This document shows, piece after piece, positions 1-12,730 of a DNA stretch of 64,000 bases. Numbering within the stretch: position 1 is the first letter of the stretch; the number at the start of each line of letters is the position of its first letter. Source of the DNA: Lama glama (taxonomy: Eukaryota). The DNA is taken from positions 35,838,001 through 35,902,000 of the forward strand of contig CM052817.1 of NCBI GenBank assembly GCA_028534125.1, given 5' to 3'. Both the position numbers and the translations under genes were made by a program. The notes under the pieces are model-generated. The model saw only the letters and a program-made list of their open reading frames with translations. It had not been told where the DNA came from and did no database searches.

Positions 1-632
1 AAGGGATGAAAAAGTATTCAAAGATAGTAATTTGAATAATCATGGGAACAGAACTTCAAAGTTTTTCTTTTTGAGAATTTGGGGGTTTGAACTGTTGGCG
101 ATTCCATGTCAGCAGTGCCGGAGCTGCTTAATTCCACTTCTGTGCTTCTGTTTCTTGGCTACCTGGGGCAGATGAGCGCTGACAGCACAGTTCCGGGAGG
201 AAGAGCTTGTCAGACGCTAATGCAAAGATTTACAAGTGAGCTTCCTGCAGCTCAGTGAGACCTGCACTTGGTTAGAACCCCTGGGAATTGATTCCATTGC
301 CCCAGATAATAACTTGTTTCAGTATCGGGCCCCAAAGCTCAATTATATGGCCAGAGAGACAGGAAAAATACAGGTCTCGTAACTGCTTTGCCCTGAAAGT
401 TTCTGAAGAATTTTGACTCTTTAACATCAGCACGTGAACGGGAATCTTAGCTGACAATGAGGTGATAGCTCCGGATATTTGACAATTCCCATCCCATGTC
501 TTAATGTACATTTCTGCTGTGCTAAACCTCGGTATTACATCCATTGTACAATACATCCAAGTACGCAAACCACTCAGGAATCGGTAGTTAGTGTCACACG
601 GAAAGCTTAGCCATCTTTCCAAACAGATAATA
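1..632 (-). pseudogene. Pseudo-exon E14 (phase 2 start; ends at possible donor after 163 or runs off the window)
   Basis: Acceptor ctacttcaatccttctaaag|; the phase-2 frame is the 116-aa ORF 272-622, open for 119 codons (IICLERWLSFPCDTNYRFLSGLRTWMYC...). Confidence 0.55.
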
Positions 633-1169
633 CTTTAGAAGGATTGAAGTAGTAAGAATGTTTTCTACAGAAATGAAAGATGCCATAAGAGTAGGTATCA
701 CCTACTGAGTGCTGACCATTTGCCAGGCACTGTGTGGAATGCTCTCTATATATGAACCTGGTATTAAAAAGTTATACACCTTTATAGTCTTAAAGTCAAA
801 TTAAATTATAGACCAAATCCAATGCTGCCAAACTCACTAGGAAATTCTGTCTCCGTCATTATTCCTTGCCTGGGGTCACCCCCAAAGCACGTGAGGTTTA
901 TGTGATTTCCAGAAAATGGGGAACAGTCTCTCAGTCCGTTGGTCTACCTTTATTGCGGCTAATGTATACACTCCTAAAATTGCTGAACAGGCAGTCTCAA
1001 CATTTCTGTGCCAGCCGTGGTTGTGAGGATGTTTCCAGGCTGGGAATCTGGGTGCCTGTGTCCAGCCTACAAGGAGCACCATGGAAGTGCTGACCAAGGT
1101 CATGGCCACAGCTGTGGGTCTGGGCTCAGGTTCTTGCTCCTCCTGGGACCCTTCTGAGCCTGGGAAAAA

Positions 1170-1690
1170 TCTCTCTCCTCCTTCCTGCTGCCTCTTCTTT
1201 CCCTTCCTCTAGTATATTTCCAGCAATGAGCTCAAGTTGACACAGATACAAAAAAGCCAAATACAGATTAATAGGAGAAAAGCATACACATTTATTGAAT
1301 ATATGTTTTGCCTGACACGGGAGCCTTCCTCAGGAAATGAAGACCCAGAGAAACAGTCAGACCTGAATATAGTGTGCTGGGTTTGATGAAGAGTGGATGG
1401 TCATGGAGGAGCATGCCAAGTTAAGGAAGTAAGTGTAGTAACTGAGGGAAACTTAGCAAGGCCTATTTGTTCGGATTCTTCTTGGCATCCCTTTGTCTTC
1501 GGAGATAAGGATGCACCTTCCTCCAGGTACAGGAAGGGTACCTCTCGCAGGAGGGTTCTCCGACCTGTTTCTGGGGAGAAGGGTTGGAGAGAATTTAGAA
1601 TGACTTGACTTTCTCTCAAATTCTTTCAGCTTAAAATATTCAGTCTGCCAAGGTGCCACATTTAGGGGCAGCATGTTCTGAGCCCTGTCA
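1170..1690 (-). mobile_element. ERV1 solo LTR, MER34/MER39-like
   Basis: Minus strand begins TGACAGGGCTCAGAACATGCTGCCCCTAAATGTGGCACCTTGGCAGACTGAATATTTTAAGCTGAAAG; AATAAA near 1291; left boundary approximate. Confidence 0.7.
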
Positions 1691-1884
1691 CCGTAAAAGG
1701 AAATTGTCCTCAAATCCCATCCCACCCTCTCCATGAAATGGAGGAATTTGATTCAGGCTGCCTTGCAGAGGAAGAAGAAGAAAGGGTAAGAGAAAGGGGA
1801 AGGGGAGGCGAGGAGGAAGAAAGGAAGGAAATAAAACAGTAACAGTCCCATTCCTGCTGATTTCTCTACCATAAGGAAAATAAA

Positions 1885-2100
1885 ATCTGAATTACTATCT
1901 TTGTGCCACGTGTATTATCTCATCAAAGACTCACAATAACCAGATGAGACAAGTGCAGTTTTGATTCTCACTTTACAAATGAGTAAAGCGAGGCTTAAAC
2001 AGTTTGTGTCCTGCTCTAGGATATACAGCTAGTAAATGATGAAGCCTGAGTTAAAAACCAGATCCACCCAATTTTAGAACCCATTTTATTAACCACCACA
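1885..2100 (-). mobile_element. MIR SINE
   Basis: Core ctcactttacaaatgagtaaagcgaggcttaa...agctagtaaatgatgaagc. Confidence 0.7.
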
Positions 2101-2229
2101 GATACGCCTCTTTAGCAGAAACCTCATATAATTCTTTGAATACAGTGGTGTATCTAATAACATGCTCAGCTCCTGGAAGGTCCTCAATAAACATTTACCA
2201 ATTCAGTAACAAGTAAGCTATAGTTTATT

Positions 2230-2485
2230 TTCTTTTTTTTAATTGATGTACAGTCAGTTACAATGTGTCAGTTTCTGGTGTACAGTGCAATGTCCCAGTC
2301 ATGCATATACATAGATATATTTGTTTTCATATTCTTTTTCATTAAAAGTTATTACAAGATATTGAACATAGTTCCCTGTGTTATACAGCAGAAACTTTTT
2401 TAAAACCTATTTTTATATATAGTGGCTAATGTTTGTAAATCTCAAACATTCCTACCCCCTTTCCCCGGTAACCATAAGATTTAAC
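2230..2485 (-). mobile_element. 5'-truncated young L1 3' end
   Basis: T-run followed by L1 3'UTR-type sequence; flanking TSD-like ctatagtttatt / ctatagtttctt. Confidence 0.8.
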
Positions 2486-2982
2486 CTATAGTTTCTTAAT
2501 ACAATTTTATTTTTCCTAAAATGTATTTGTACTCAGTATGATTTCCAAAAAGAGTCTACCCCGGATAATATTTTGTCAAGGAACAACCTGACAATATAAA
2601 ATGTATATAACACAATTTTCCCTAATACTTGAGCACTTTTAAAACCATCAACTCAGTGTCAAAGGATTGTGCTATAAATTCATTTTAGCTGCTAAAAGGA
2701 ATAACAGAAAAGTTGTCTTTTGCCAAAGGTCAATGCACGGTTGGCCAGAATGGAGGCAGAATTGCGTTCAAAGCTATACTTAACTGGGCACTAGGCAATA
2801 AGTGAGGATTTGTTTATTCACAGAGAGAGAAAAAGATATGGAATGATTCCAGGCTTGTGGTAGCTGTTTCTTTTATTTCTTATTTAATTCATCAGTATTC
2901 ATCTTTTGACAAGGCTAGAATAAAACTTAATGACTTTATCTATTAAAAAAGGTAAGGACTAGAAAGAAAAGTGGGCCCCTAC

Positions 2983-3467
2983 TCTGAATTTTCTGTTCGT
3001 TTGTACTGCCTTGGGAGAAAGGCAGTAAATAACATTAATTTATGCTGTTTATTGGCTGTCATTCCTTTCTCTAAATTGGGTTCCTGTCTAAGCAGGAAAA
3101 TTCCTTCTCCTGTGACTCTGCCGAGACTGCTGAAGTTCCAGGTGGCACTGGAGAAGAGTCATCATTTCAGTGGCTGCTCCTGATTGGTGAGCCAAGACTG
3201 AAATTGTTAACATAGATAATTTACAAGGCGTTGCCTACAAACTTCCCAGAAATTCGCATTATGTATTCCAAGAGTTGCTGTGTCAGACCCATCCAGAAGA
3301 TCAAATTGTTCCTGCTGATACCATGCAGCCCTTACACCAAAGTGCCTAGCAAACTTCCACAGCAGCTTTTAAATTCTGATCTTGCTTTAGCATTCTCACA
3401 GATGGAAACCAAGTACAAAATGTTAACAAGAGCTCACTAGCTTTCAAGACTACTCTTGGGCTAAAGC
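2983..3467 (-). pseudogene. Pseudo-exon E13 (485 nt, phase 0 to 2)
   Basis: Acceptor ttcctttcttgacatatacttag|G; donor AGA|gtaggg; contains KLLWKFARHFGVRAAWYQQEQFDLLDGSDTATLGIHNANFWEVCRQRLVNYLC*QFQSWLTNQEQPLK**LFSSATWNFSSLG. Confidence 0.6.
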
Positions 3468-3517
3468 CTAAGTATATGTCAAGAAAGGAATTAAAAATAA
3501 TCTACCCTTTGAGAAAG

Positions 3518-4020
3518 TGTAATAGAGAAGAAGAAATCTGACTCCATATTAGATCTGTTCCTTTAGCTCTTACCCAGTGCTCTGTTTTGGGTGCTTAGTC
3601 ATGCTGGTTCTGCACCTTTTGTAAAACAATGTTGCCTAGAGCCTGAAATATATAGAAGAGCCCATTCTCAAGGCTCTGACTTTTAAGGGTATAAAACTTT
3701 CCCATTCATATAAAGATAAAAAGTTGCAAAATAGAAAATAACATTTATCTTGTGGGAGGTTTGGAGGGACACCATGCCCTGACCTACCTGGACAGCTGCA
3801 AGAACAAAGGATTCTGACACCAAGAAGTTTGCAACAATGAACCACTCCTCCTCCCCTTTTTAGTATAAAAGGAGCCTGAATTTTGACTTGAGGAAGATTA
3901 TTCTCCAGGACATTAGTCTGCCAGTTTTCCAAATAAAGTCATTATCCCAGCTCCAACACCTCGTCTCCCGATTTATCAGCCTGCCGTGCAGTGAGCAGAA
4001 TGAGTTTGGACTCAGTAACG
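3518..4020 (+). mobile_element. ERV1 solo LTR, MER41-like (503 bp)
   Basis: TGT...GTAACG termini, 4-bp TSD aaag (3514-3517 / 4021-4024), TATAAAA near 3864, AATAAA near 3932. Confidence 0.85.
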
Positions 4021-4405
4021 AAAGGAGTTTAGGGGTTTTGTTGATGCTGTTTGTTGTGTTGGATGCTTAAATTGAGAGAATTCACTGTAAATTTTTCTTT
4101 AAATCAATGCTTATAAAGTACTTAATACACCAACAGTAAACACGCTTGTAGGCCTGCCACGTTCAGTTAGCTCCAGCCAGAGCCAATGTTTATCGTTAAT
4201 TAGTCTGACATTCTTTAACTCAAGTTACTATAAAAACAAACAAAAAAATTAGATGAGAATGGCCATTAGCCAATAATTGCTGCAATGGCCATGACTTTTA
4301 TGCAACTAAATATTATGTTACTCTTGGATATATAATATCTACATTATAAAGATTATATACACAAAGCACAAAGAATATAGTGTAGTTCTCCTATTAATTT
4401 CTAAC

Positions 4406-4805
4406 CTTGTATCATATATATGCTGGAGGAATCCTTGGAGACCAAGGTTAGGACAGAGATGTGTTTCTGTCTGTGTCTGACTCAGTTGTAGACATGGATG
4501 CAGAGGTGGATCCAGATCCAGATATACAGACACAGTTGCTGTCATCGGGTTTTGGTATTGGTTTTGGTTTTTTACTCTTCTGCAGAGCTTTGCTAATCCT
4601 CTTCTTCTCATGACTCTTGTTCACAGACCCTAATGCCTATTGTTGGGATGATTATTTCTTTGCATCTGTCATTCCTGTTTCTCAGAGTTCACTTTATGGA
4701 CCCCACCTCCAAAGCTGTTTGATTTCTTTTTCTGAAATAGTCTAGTTATGACTCTCATCTAGAAATTCTCTCTCTCTCCTCAGCTGTGCTGAAGTTATAA
4801 GTGGC
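4406..4805 (-). pseudogene. Pseudo-exon E12 (400 nt, phase 2 to 0)
   Basis: Acceptor attttactctcccatgtag|G; donor AAG|gttaga; reads PLITSAQLRREREFLDESHN*TISEKEIKQLWRWGP*...KSHEKKRISKALQKSKKPKPIPKPDDSNCVCISGSGSTSASMSTTESDTDRNTSLS*PWSPRIPPAYI*YK. Confidence 0.6.
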
Positions 4806-5254
4806 CTACATGGGAGAGTAAAATAATGCTTCATAACAGTTAGTATTATCAAATACAGACTTATTAATGGGACTGTTGAAGGTCAATGTGCCAAAGGACA
4901 CACTACGGAGCTTGTTTCAGATTCAGATTCCAGGTGTTGCTCCCAGAGAACCTTACTAAGGTGAGGTCTGGCTAACTTCATAACAAACTCCCCAAATGAT
5001 TCAGAGAACATGCTGAGACATAGTGGTTCAGTAAAACAAAACATGAACCTGAGACCAAACATGAATTTATACTGGTTTTGTCTAGTTTAGATTAAGCAAA
5101 TTATCACTTTTAAGTGATATAGCCCAAATACTCATTATTTAGTATACATACTAAATATATTATATGTATAATATATATAAATTCATAGCCCCTTATTTAT
5201 GTTGATTGGCATATTTCATTTATTTAATGGTTATTTAATTTTTTTTATAGCTAC

Positions 5255-5450
5255 TGTAGTGAAAAGAGTGTGAGAGCCTGGGAGAGCCTGGTTCAAATCT
5301 CAGTTCTGTCATTTAATTAACTAAATAATTTCAGGAAAATTATTTATTCTTTCTGATCCTTACACTTTCTGTTTTATATGAATAATAGTGCCTAAATCCT
5401 TGCTGAGATTAAAAGAATTAGCAGATGTAATTAACTCGATATCTGACACA
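5255..5450 (+). mobile_element. MIR SINE
   Basis: cctggttcaaatctcagttctgtcatttaattaact... Confidence 0.6.
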
Positions 5451-5574
5451 GTAAAATCCTGGAAGATACTCAGTTGGGGTATAATAATTCTGCTTCATGA
5501 AGTATTTCATTGAATACCCCTACTCTGGCTTAGTAAGCATTTTTTCCCATTTATGAGAACTATTTTGTATTTTT

Positions 5575-6235
5575 TCAGCTTTTTTGAGGTCTAATTGACA
5601 AATACGTTGTAAGATACTTAAGGTGCACACTGTGATGATTTGATGTATGTATACACTGTGAAAGGATCCCCTTTGTCTAGTTTATTAACACATTCTTCAC
5701 CTCACGTTTACTTTTTGTATGTGTGAAAGAGCGTTTAAGTTCTACACTCTTAGCAAATTTCAATTAGACAGTACAGTGTTACCAACTATAGTCACCATGT
5801 TTTACATTGAATCCTCAGATCTTATTTATCTTATAGCTGAAAGTTTGTACCCTTTTACCAACCTCTCCCTATTTCCCCCACTCTACCATATGATCTAGCA
5901 ATCCCACTTCTGGATATCTGTAGCCACAGGTAATGAAAATAGGATATCCAGAGATATCTGCACTCTCATGTGCAAAGTTATTCACAATAGCCGGGATACA
6001 GAAACAACCTAAATGTCCTCCTATCAACAGATGACTGGAAAAAGAAGCTGTGGTATACACAGCGGAATACTATTCAGCCATGAAAAAAGGGAAATCCTGC
6101 CATTTGCGATGGCATGGATGGGTCTTGAAGGCATTCTGTTAAGTGAAAGAAGCCAGAGAGAGAAAGACAAATACTGCATGGTATCACTTGTATGTGGAAT
6201 CTGGGGGGGAAAAAAGTCAAGTTTAAAGAGACAGC
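5575..6235 (-). mobile_element. L1 (L1MA9-like) 3' end with 5' inversion
   Basis: 5575-5881 is the L1 3' terminus on minus; 5882-6235 is the preceding L1 segment on plus; TSD-like flanks. Confidence 0.85.
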
Positions 6236-6289
6236 CTATTGTGTAATTTATGTGTTTCAACTGGGAAACTGCTTTGTTCTGTGACTATG

Positions 6290-6600
6290 CTAGTCATACC
6301 TATTTGCTCTCAGATCCATTTGCCTTCCCTCCCCAGCTCAGCTCTGCATCACAGAAACCTAACTCCTGCTGTTTCCCAGACTCCCTTGCCAACTGGCTTC
6401 TTCAGGCTCCGAAAGGCAGTAAAGGCAGATTAAAAGGTGAGAGGAGGAGAAAAAGGGAGGTGACCGTTCCAGTAAGATCTCCTCTGGGTTCCAGCTGCTA
6501 AGACTACTGGGCTGCATGCCGGTAAAACACCTCTTCCCAATGTCCTCCAACCCTCCACTTAATAGCAGCCTCCTGCAGTTCCTCAAGGTTGCCCCACCTT
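6290..6600 (-). mobile_element. Old ERVL LTR (LTR33-like)
   Basis: tttcccagactcccttgccaactggcttc motif; diverged. Confidence 0.5.
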
Positions 6601-7799
6601 TCCCTGTGTCCTCTTTCCACTTTCATGGAATATAGTGTTTCTATTATAAATGGTTTTGGTTTAGGGACTCAGAAGTGCATTGAAAAAATTTTATAGTAAT
6701 TTTTAATTAAGTAATTAAGGTTTTAACTTATAATATTGTGTCCTATTAAGGGGGTTTCAAAACCAAATTACTCTTGAGGCAGAGAAAGTCTCTCTGTAGA
6801 ATAAGAATCCAGGAAATATTAGTTGCTCCTTTTCCTCCAAAAGAAAAAATCATTGACACAGTCACCCAGTTCCCTTAAGTCAAACTTTGTTTTCCCATCA
6901 CGTGAAATAGTATATATTTTGCTTTAATGTAGAAATTTAAAACTAGGTAAAGAATTTTCTACCTTCATATTGTGTAATCTTTTAAGCATATAGGGGAGGT
7001 TGTTGAAAGAGACATAAAACTGAGTAGGTATATTATCATAATGTTAAGTTAATAAGATTATGCTGATTTTTTTCCCAAACTGTACTTTCTATACAATCTT
7101 GGAAATTTTTAAATCACTTTCTGGCTGCTGGACTTAGCTTATGGACTGTGTATTGAACCACAACCAAGGCTGTTATCTACTGTGTTGCCTTACATTGTAG
7201 CATCCAACCATTTAGTTTGATCCCTGCACTAGCCCAATTTTAACTGAAATTGCTACTATCTAAGTTTGAGATGAAATTTCTAATATTCCAGAACATTTTG
7301 AAAAGTAACCCAACACATTCAAGAACAGTACATATGTCCCATAAAACTGTCCTGCAAAAACCAAAATAAATTGCATACCAAGATTTCTGATAAATTTTTC
7401 ATAAATTTTCATAATTTTTAACTAATAAGAAGAAAATTATTATCAAAAATACAGTAAGCATTTATACTACGCTAAGCCTATGAACTTACTTGTATAATCT
7501 CATGAAGTAGCTACTCTTACTTTGATTTTTAAATGACAAAATAGTTTAGAGAATTTAATTAACTTGTTTGCTGCAGTATTTATAAAAGGAGGAGTAAGGA
7601 TTCAAACTCAGATCTCTGAAGTGGTTCCAAAGTTCATATATACTTTCTGGATATAGTAAATGCCCTCAAGAAAATACTTAAGCATTGCCCAAGTAAATAT
7701 CATTCACTTCTGTCCTGGGATCACCACGGTTTTTCACTAAAGGCTGTAATAGAAAGATCAGGTTTTCTCTGAGCTTCTGTCTCCTATTTGCCTCTCTTC

Positions 7800-8300
7800 C
7801 CACACTGTTATTATAATTTCCATTTCCCTGCAACTTAGGAAGTTTAGCATCTTTACATGTGTTTTTTGGTCATTTGGATTTTTTCTTCAACTAGCTATTT
7901 TATATATCTTTTGTCCATTATTCAATTTAGTTATTATCTTTTTCTTATTAATTCATAAGAGCTCATAGTATATTATAAAAACTTTTACCTGTGATGTAAA
8001 TTACAAATGTATTTCCTCAACAGTTACTGTATCCTCACTGTACAAAAGTTCTTAATTATTATTATATAGTCATACATGTTTCATTTTCCTATCTTGGATT
8101 TAAAATTCCTTTTCAACCTGTGCATTACACGTATAATCTCATAAGTTTTCTTGTAAGATTTTTATTCTCTTATTTTTTTCCATTTAAGTTTTTAATTGAT
8201 CTGGTGTTTACTTTTGTATATGGTAGGAAATGTGAGTCTAATTTTACTTTCCTCCAAATGGATAAACAATTATGCTGCCATTATTCATTAACTATACATC
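7800..8300 (-). mobile_element. Old L1 fragment (L1ME-like)
   Basis: T-rich diverged ORF2 3' sequence. Confidence 0.6.
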
Positions 8301-8644
8301 ACTGTCCCTACAAAAAAGACATATAAACACACACATGCTTTTAAATGGCATTATACTCATAGAAGCAACTAGTCCATCAGATATTATGTAGCTAAGCTTA
8401 ACTCTAAAACACTAGGTTTTAGAAGGAGACAGTTGTTGATGTTCATTATGGAGCCGATTTTCTTGGCCAGCAGAATCTGGTATTCAGGTGACTCTGTTGA
8501 GTAACATTAAGTGAAACCTTGGTCTCTCCTTAATTTATCAGTTTGAGCCAGTGATTTATGTAAGAGCCCAGGGGCCTCCAGGAGAAAAAAGACTTTAACT
8601 CTGACATCTCAACAGTTCAAGCACTTACACAATATAGGTTTGAA

Positions 8645-9415
8645 ACAATGAGACACCACTATACTGAAAATCCAAAACAATGACACCACTATATGCTGGC
8701 AAGAATGTGGAGCAACAGGAACTCTCATTCATTGCTGGTGGGAATTCAAAATGGTGCAGCCACTTTGGAAGACATTTTGGCAGATTCTTACAAAACTAAA
8801 CATGCTTTTACCGCACAATCTAGGAATCATACTCCTTAGTAGTTACCCAAACGAGTTGAAAATTTTTATGTCCACAAAAATTTGTGCATGGATGTTTATA
8901 GCAGCTTTGTTTGTAATTGCCAAAACTTGGAAACAACCAAGATGCCCTTAAATTCATATTAACAAGTGAAGGAAGCAAATCTGAAAAGACTACGTACTAT
9001 ACGATTGCAGCTAAATGGCATTCTGAAAAAGGCAAAACTATGGATGCAGTAAAAAAAAAAGTCCACTGGTTTCCAGGGGTAGGGAGGAAAGAAGAATAAA
9101 TAGGTGGAGCACAAAGATTTTTAGGGCAGCAGAACTACTCTGTCTGATACTATAATTAGATACGTGTGAAAACTCATAGAACGCACACCACCAAGAGTGA
9201 ACCTTGATGTAAACTATGGACTTTGAGTGATAATGATGTTATCAGTGTAGGTTCATCGATTATAACAAATGTACCACTCTGGTGGGAGAATTGATACTGG
9301 GAGAGGCTGTGCATGTGTGGGGAAAGGAATATATGGGAACTTTCTGTACTTTCTGCTCAATTTTGCTATGAACCTAAAACTGCCCTAAAAACTAAATTCT
9401 ATTGATTTTTAAAAA
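8645..9415 (+). mobile_element. L1MC-like 3' end
   Basis: ORF2 C-terminal peptide MVQPLWKTFWQILTKLN (ORF 8751-8951) and 3'UTR gtaaactatggactttgagtgataatgatg. Confidence 0.85.
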
Positions 9416-9666
9416 ATGTATATATTTGATTATTGGAGAGACCAAACCAAAGAAAGGAAATATATGAAGCTCTTACTTTGTTTTCAAAATAGAAAAACAT
9501 AGACCAAATTTATGTTCTATAGGAAGAGAAGGAAATTAACACTTGTTAAAAACCTACTTACACGGTAACTCTCTGTACTATTTAGACAGTTTTTCTATAA
9601 GTCTAAAATAAGTTCAAAATAACAAGTTTTAAATTACAAAATAACAAGTTTTAAAATTCTACCATA

Positions 9667-9772
9667 GGGGAGTGGGGAATAGCTCAGTGATAAAGTGCAT
9701 GCCTAGCATGCATGAGGTCTTGGGTTCAATCCCCAGTACCTCCACTGAATAAATAAATCTTAAAAAAAAAAA
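9667..9772 (+). mobile_element. tRNA-derived SINE, Vic-1-like (camelid)
   Basis: A-box tagctcagtg, B-box ggttcaatcc, A-rich tail, TSD-like aaaattctac / aaaatctac. Confidence 0.8.
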
Positions 9773-10613
9773 TCTACTGTATGCTAGGTAATGTGTAAAA
9801 GAACCCTATAATATAAGTATTATTCCTATTTATGAAGACAGAAGTGGAGGCCCAGGATGGTTAGTTAACACACCCAGGCCTCCTACAACATGGCTGGGCC
9901 AAATCCGCAGCTATGACGTCTGCTGCCGCCGGAGCTCTTAGTCTCTCCTTGGGACCGCACTGCGCCCTCGGTGTAGCACTGTAGACGTAGTGCTGAGCAG
10001 AAGCCTGGGAAAGCAATACTGCCATTCTATTTGCATGTTTATCTTTTTTTTTTTTAATTTGGATAGCTGATCAATAGAAAACAAACAGCTTCTTGAAATA
10101 TTCCTAGAATTTCAGCTTCTGTTGAGCAGATATCATGGAAGTATGGTCCCTGCACCTTGGATCCCAGAAAGTACAATATCCTGGGCATTTCATATGAGTG
10201 AAAATTAAGGTGTTCTCTAGAAATAAAACAGATGTATGTTTCTTTTCAGAAACACTGAGCCCAAAGATTTATGTATGAAGGATACAAAATTCGTATGAAA
10301 ATCTCCCATTTATCTATAAAGCAAAAGCATCTACTTTCATTTTCAACACCTTTTACCTAATTATGCAGAATTAGGATATACATTAACTACAACTTCTTTA
10401 TTAAAATGTGTCTGATTTGAAGAGTATCTTTCATGGCAACCATTAGCTGTGAATACTCCTCCTATAGTATCTCAAGTGGTCCCTTTGACCTAGTCCAGCA
10501 ATTTTTTTTCTCCTGTTACCCCTAAACTCATTCCTAGGTCTGTCAAACTTTAACATACTCATTCAAATACTATTCTGTGAGCACTACTGAGCCAAGCATG
10601 GTAAGGTTCATAC

Positions 10614-11062
10614 TTCTTAAAATAACCACCAAGCTACTTCCTGTATCTGACAGTCTGAATGATGTCAGGACCTCTCTGAATTTTTAGATGGTTGATAATA
10701 AAGTAGATACAAGAAAAGGATTCGGTGAAAGAGGCTCTCCCAAGATCTGTGAGTGTTAGGAGGATTGGCAGTTGAGCATCTCAAGAAATCTTAATTTCAG
10801 CAGCAACTCCATAATAGAAGAGTCATGCGTCTTTGGAGGCACAAGGGGTTACCCGGAGAATACTCCAGTGATGGGGGAGTGTGTACGTTCTCGCGTAGAG
10901 GAAGGTCCCTGGGGAAATTCCAGAGCCTCTTTCAGCATTTGCTATAAAAGCCAATATTGGGTACAGTGCCTTACATGGTATGAGTTTCAAAGTCAGAGTC
11001 AGAATCTTACAGATAAAAAAAACTTTTGAGATCAAGTAACTGATTATGATTGACAGTCTTCC
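10614..11062 (-). pseudogene. Pseudo-exon E11 (about 449 nt, frameshifted)
   Basis: Acceptor gtgtgttttcaccag|G; candidate donor GAA|gtatga; starts KTVNHNQLLDLKSFFYL*DSDSDFETHTM*GTVPNIGFYSKC*KRLWNFPRDLPLRENVHTPPSLEYSPGNPL. Confidence 0.45.
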
Positions 11063-11939
11063 CTGGTGAAAACACACTGTGAGCATACATTAGCAAAGTG
11101 CACTTTTGCCCATTATTACTATCAGAGTAAAATCTGCTTTGGGGCATAAAGCAGTGGATTTCAGGATACTCCTGTAATTCAAGAAATGAAACCTCATCAT
11201 TTCATGGTCCATTAATTGGAAACTATTTTTCATGAGTCTGATATCACTTTCTACAACTTTGGATGAGTGCATTCAAGTAAGTTATAGCACAAAAGATACT
11301 CAACTTTTTAATCAATACTATGAATCTCCATCTCCCTGAAATCACAGTTAAAATCTCTTTTATTTCACTAATCAGTGATACTTGAATTTAATGTTCTTCA
11401 CCAAGAGCCTTGTATTATACTGAAATAGACCTAACACATTGCTCTAACTCAACCATAAAACAAGATCAGATAATGAGGTCTAGCACTCTGCTGGCTTGTG
11501 TGAGTCACAGATTTTCCAGTAAATGGAAAATCAAGAGCGTTTCTGAAGAGATACAGAAGGGAAAGGGCAGAGCTTGATTAGAAAAGCCCTGAGCCCAAAG
11601 ACTATATGTGAAATGTCACGAAATTCATTTGCTATTACATTTCAGTAATACAAAGACAGCTAATTTCATCTCATGGTCTCTAATGTCATGCTGGAAGGAA
11701 TGTATACTAATCAGAGATAAAATTCACCAGCCAGGAGTTCAAAGCCAGGTACCACTGACTCCGTTAGAGGATGAAATATCTAAGGAGAGACCACTGTCCC
11801 CACCCACAATCCTGATGCCTGTGCAAAAGGGCTTAAGCAGGAGGCATCTAACGTAGTTACACTGTAAGTTGCTAATTAAAAATTTTTTTTGTTTCTTTAA
11901 ATATATTCTGGGCTCCAGCCTCTAATTAAAAGTTGATCT

Positions 11940-12730
11940 GAGTATTTTATTTAGCATCTCCCCTGAGCTAGATGCTGTTCTAAGTATTTTAACGTTAACT
12001 CATTTACACCTCCCAGCAACCCAGTTTGCTAAATACTGCTATCATGATCCCCAGTTTACAAATGAAATATTGAGCCCCTGGTATTTTAAGTCATCTGCCC
12101 AAGTCCACAAGAAATGACAGAGGGGAATTTGAACCCAAGAAGTCTGGCTCCAGAGCCCAGAGCACATGTGCTTACCTGTAAAGCACACTGACTCTCAGCT
12201 ACTTTTCATACTTGATCTCTCCAGCACATTTTCCACGTACAGTTTATAATGTGTCACTTACATTCTCATTCGGTGCCTAGGGCTATGCTAAGCTCTGTAT
12301 GTGATTAATGGCCTTTTTTTCCCATTAACCCTATGAGATAAGACTATATGTAACTGAGGAAGAAACAGGCTCAGAAAGGCACGGTGCTTTGTCCATTATT
12401 ACCCTGCCGGTGGGTGACAGAGATGAGACCCATCCCAGGTCCCACTCTATCCAAAGCCCACAGTGTACCAACTCCACTAACAAGTTTTGCTAGTAATCTT
12501 TAAGAAAGGGGCCAATGAATCCCTTGATGAGGTGTGAAGGGACAGGATAAATGCCCAAACTTTAGGCCAACTGTTCTTTCTCTATGAATCTTGACAATGA
12601 CGTAGTTCTAGAGCAGGAAGGGCCGTGATACTACCTAAGTCCCAGGCCCCCTCCTTTCACTGACAAGGGCCTGAGGCCCAGAGAGGTTCAACAGCTCTCT
12701 CAGAGTCATTGAGATGCTAAGCCAGGACCA
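11940..12730 (-). mobile_element. Cluster of three MIR fragments
   Basis: MIR cores near 12050, 12350 and 12660. Confidence 0.65.

Noticed and set aside
9615..9658. 22-bp tandem duplication
   Set aside because: Only two copies; ordinary slippage, not a CRISPR-like array.
9667..9745. tRNA gene
   Set aside because: tRNA-like head of a SINE with an A-rich tail and TSD-like flanks; no proper acceptor stem.
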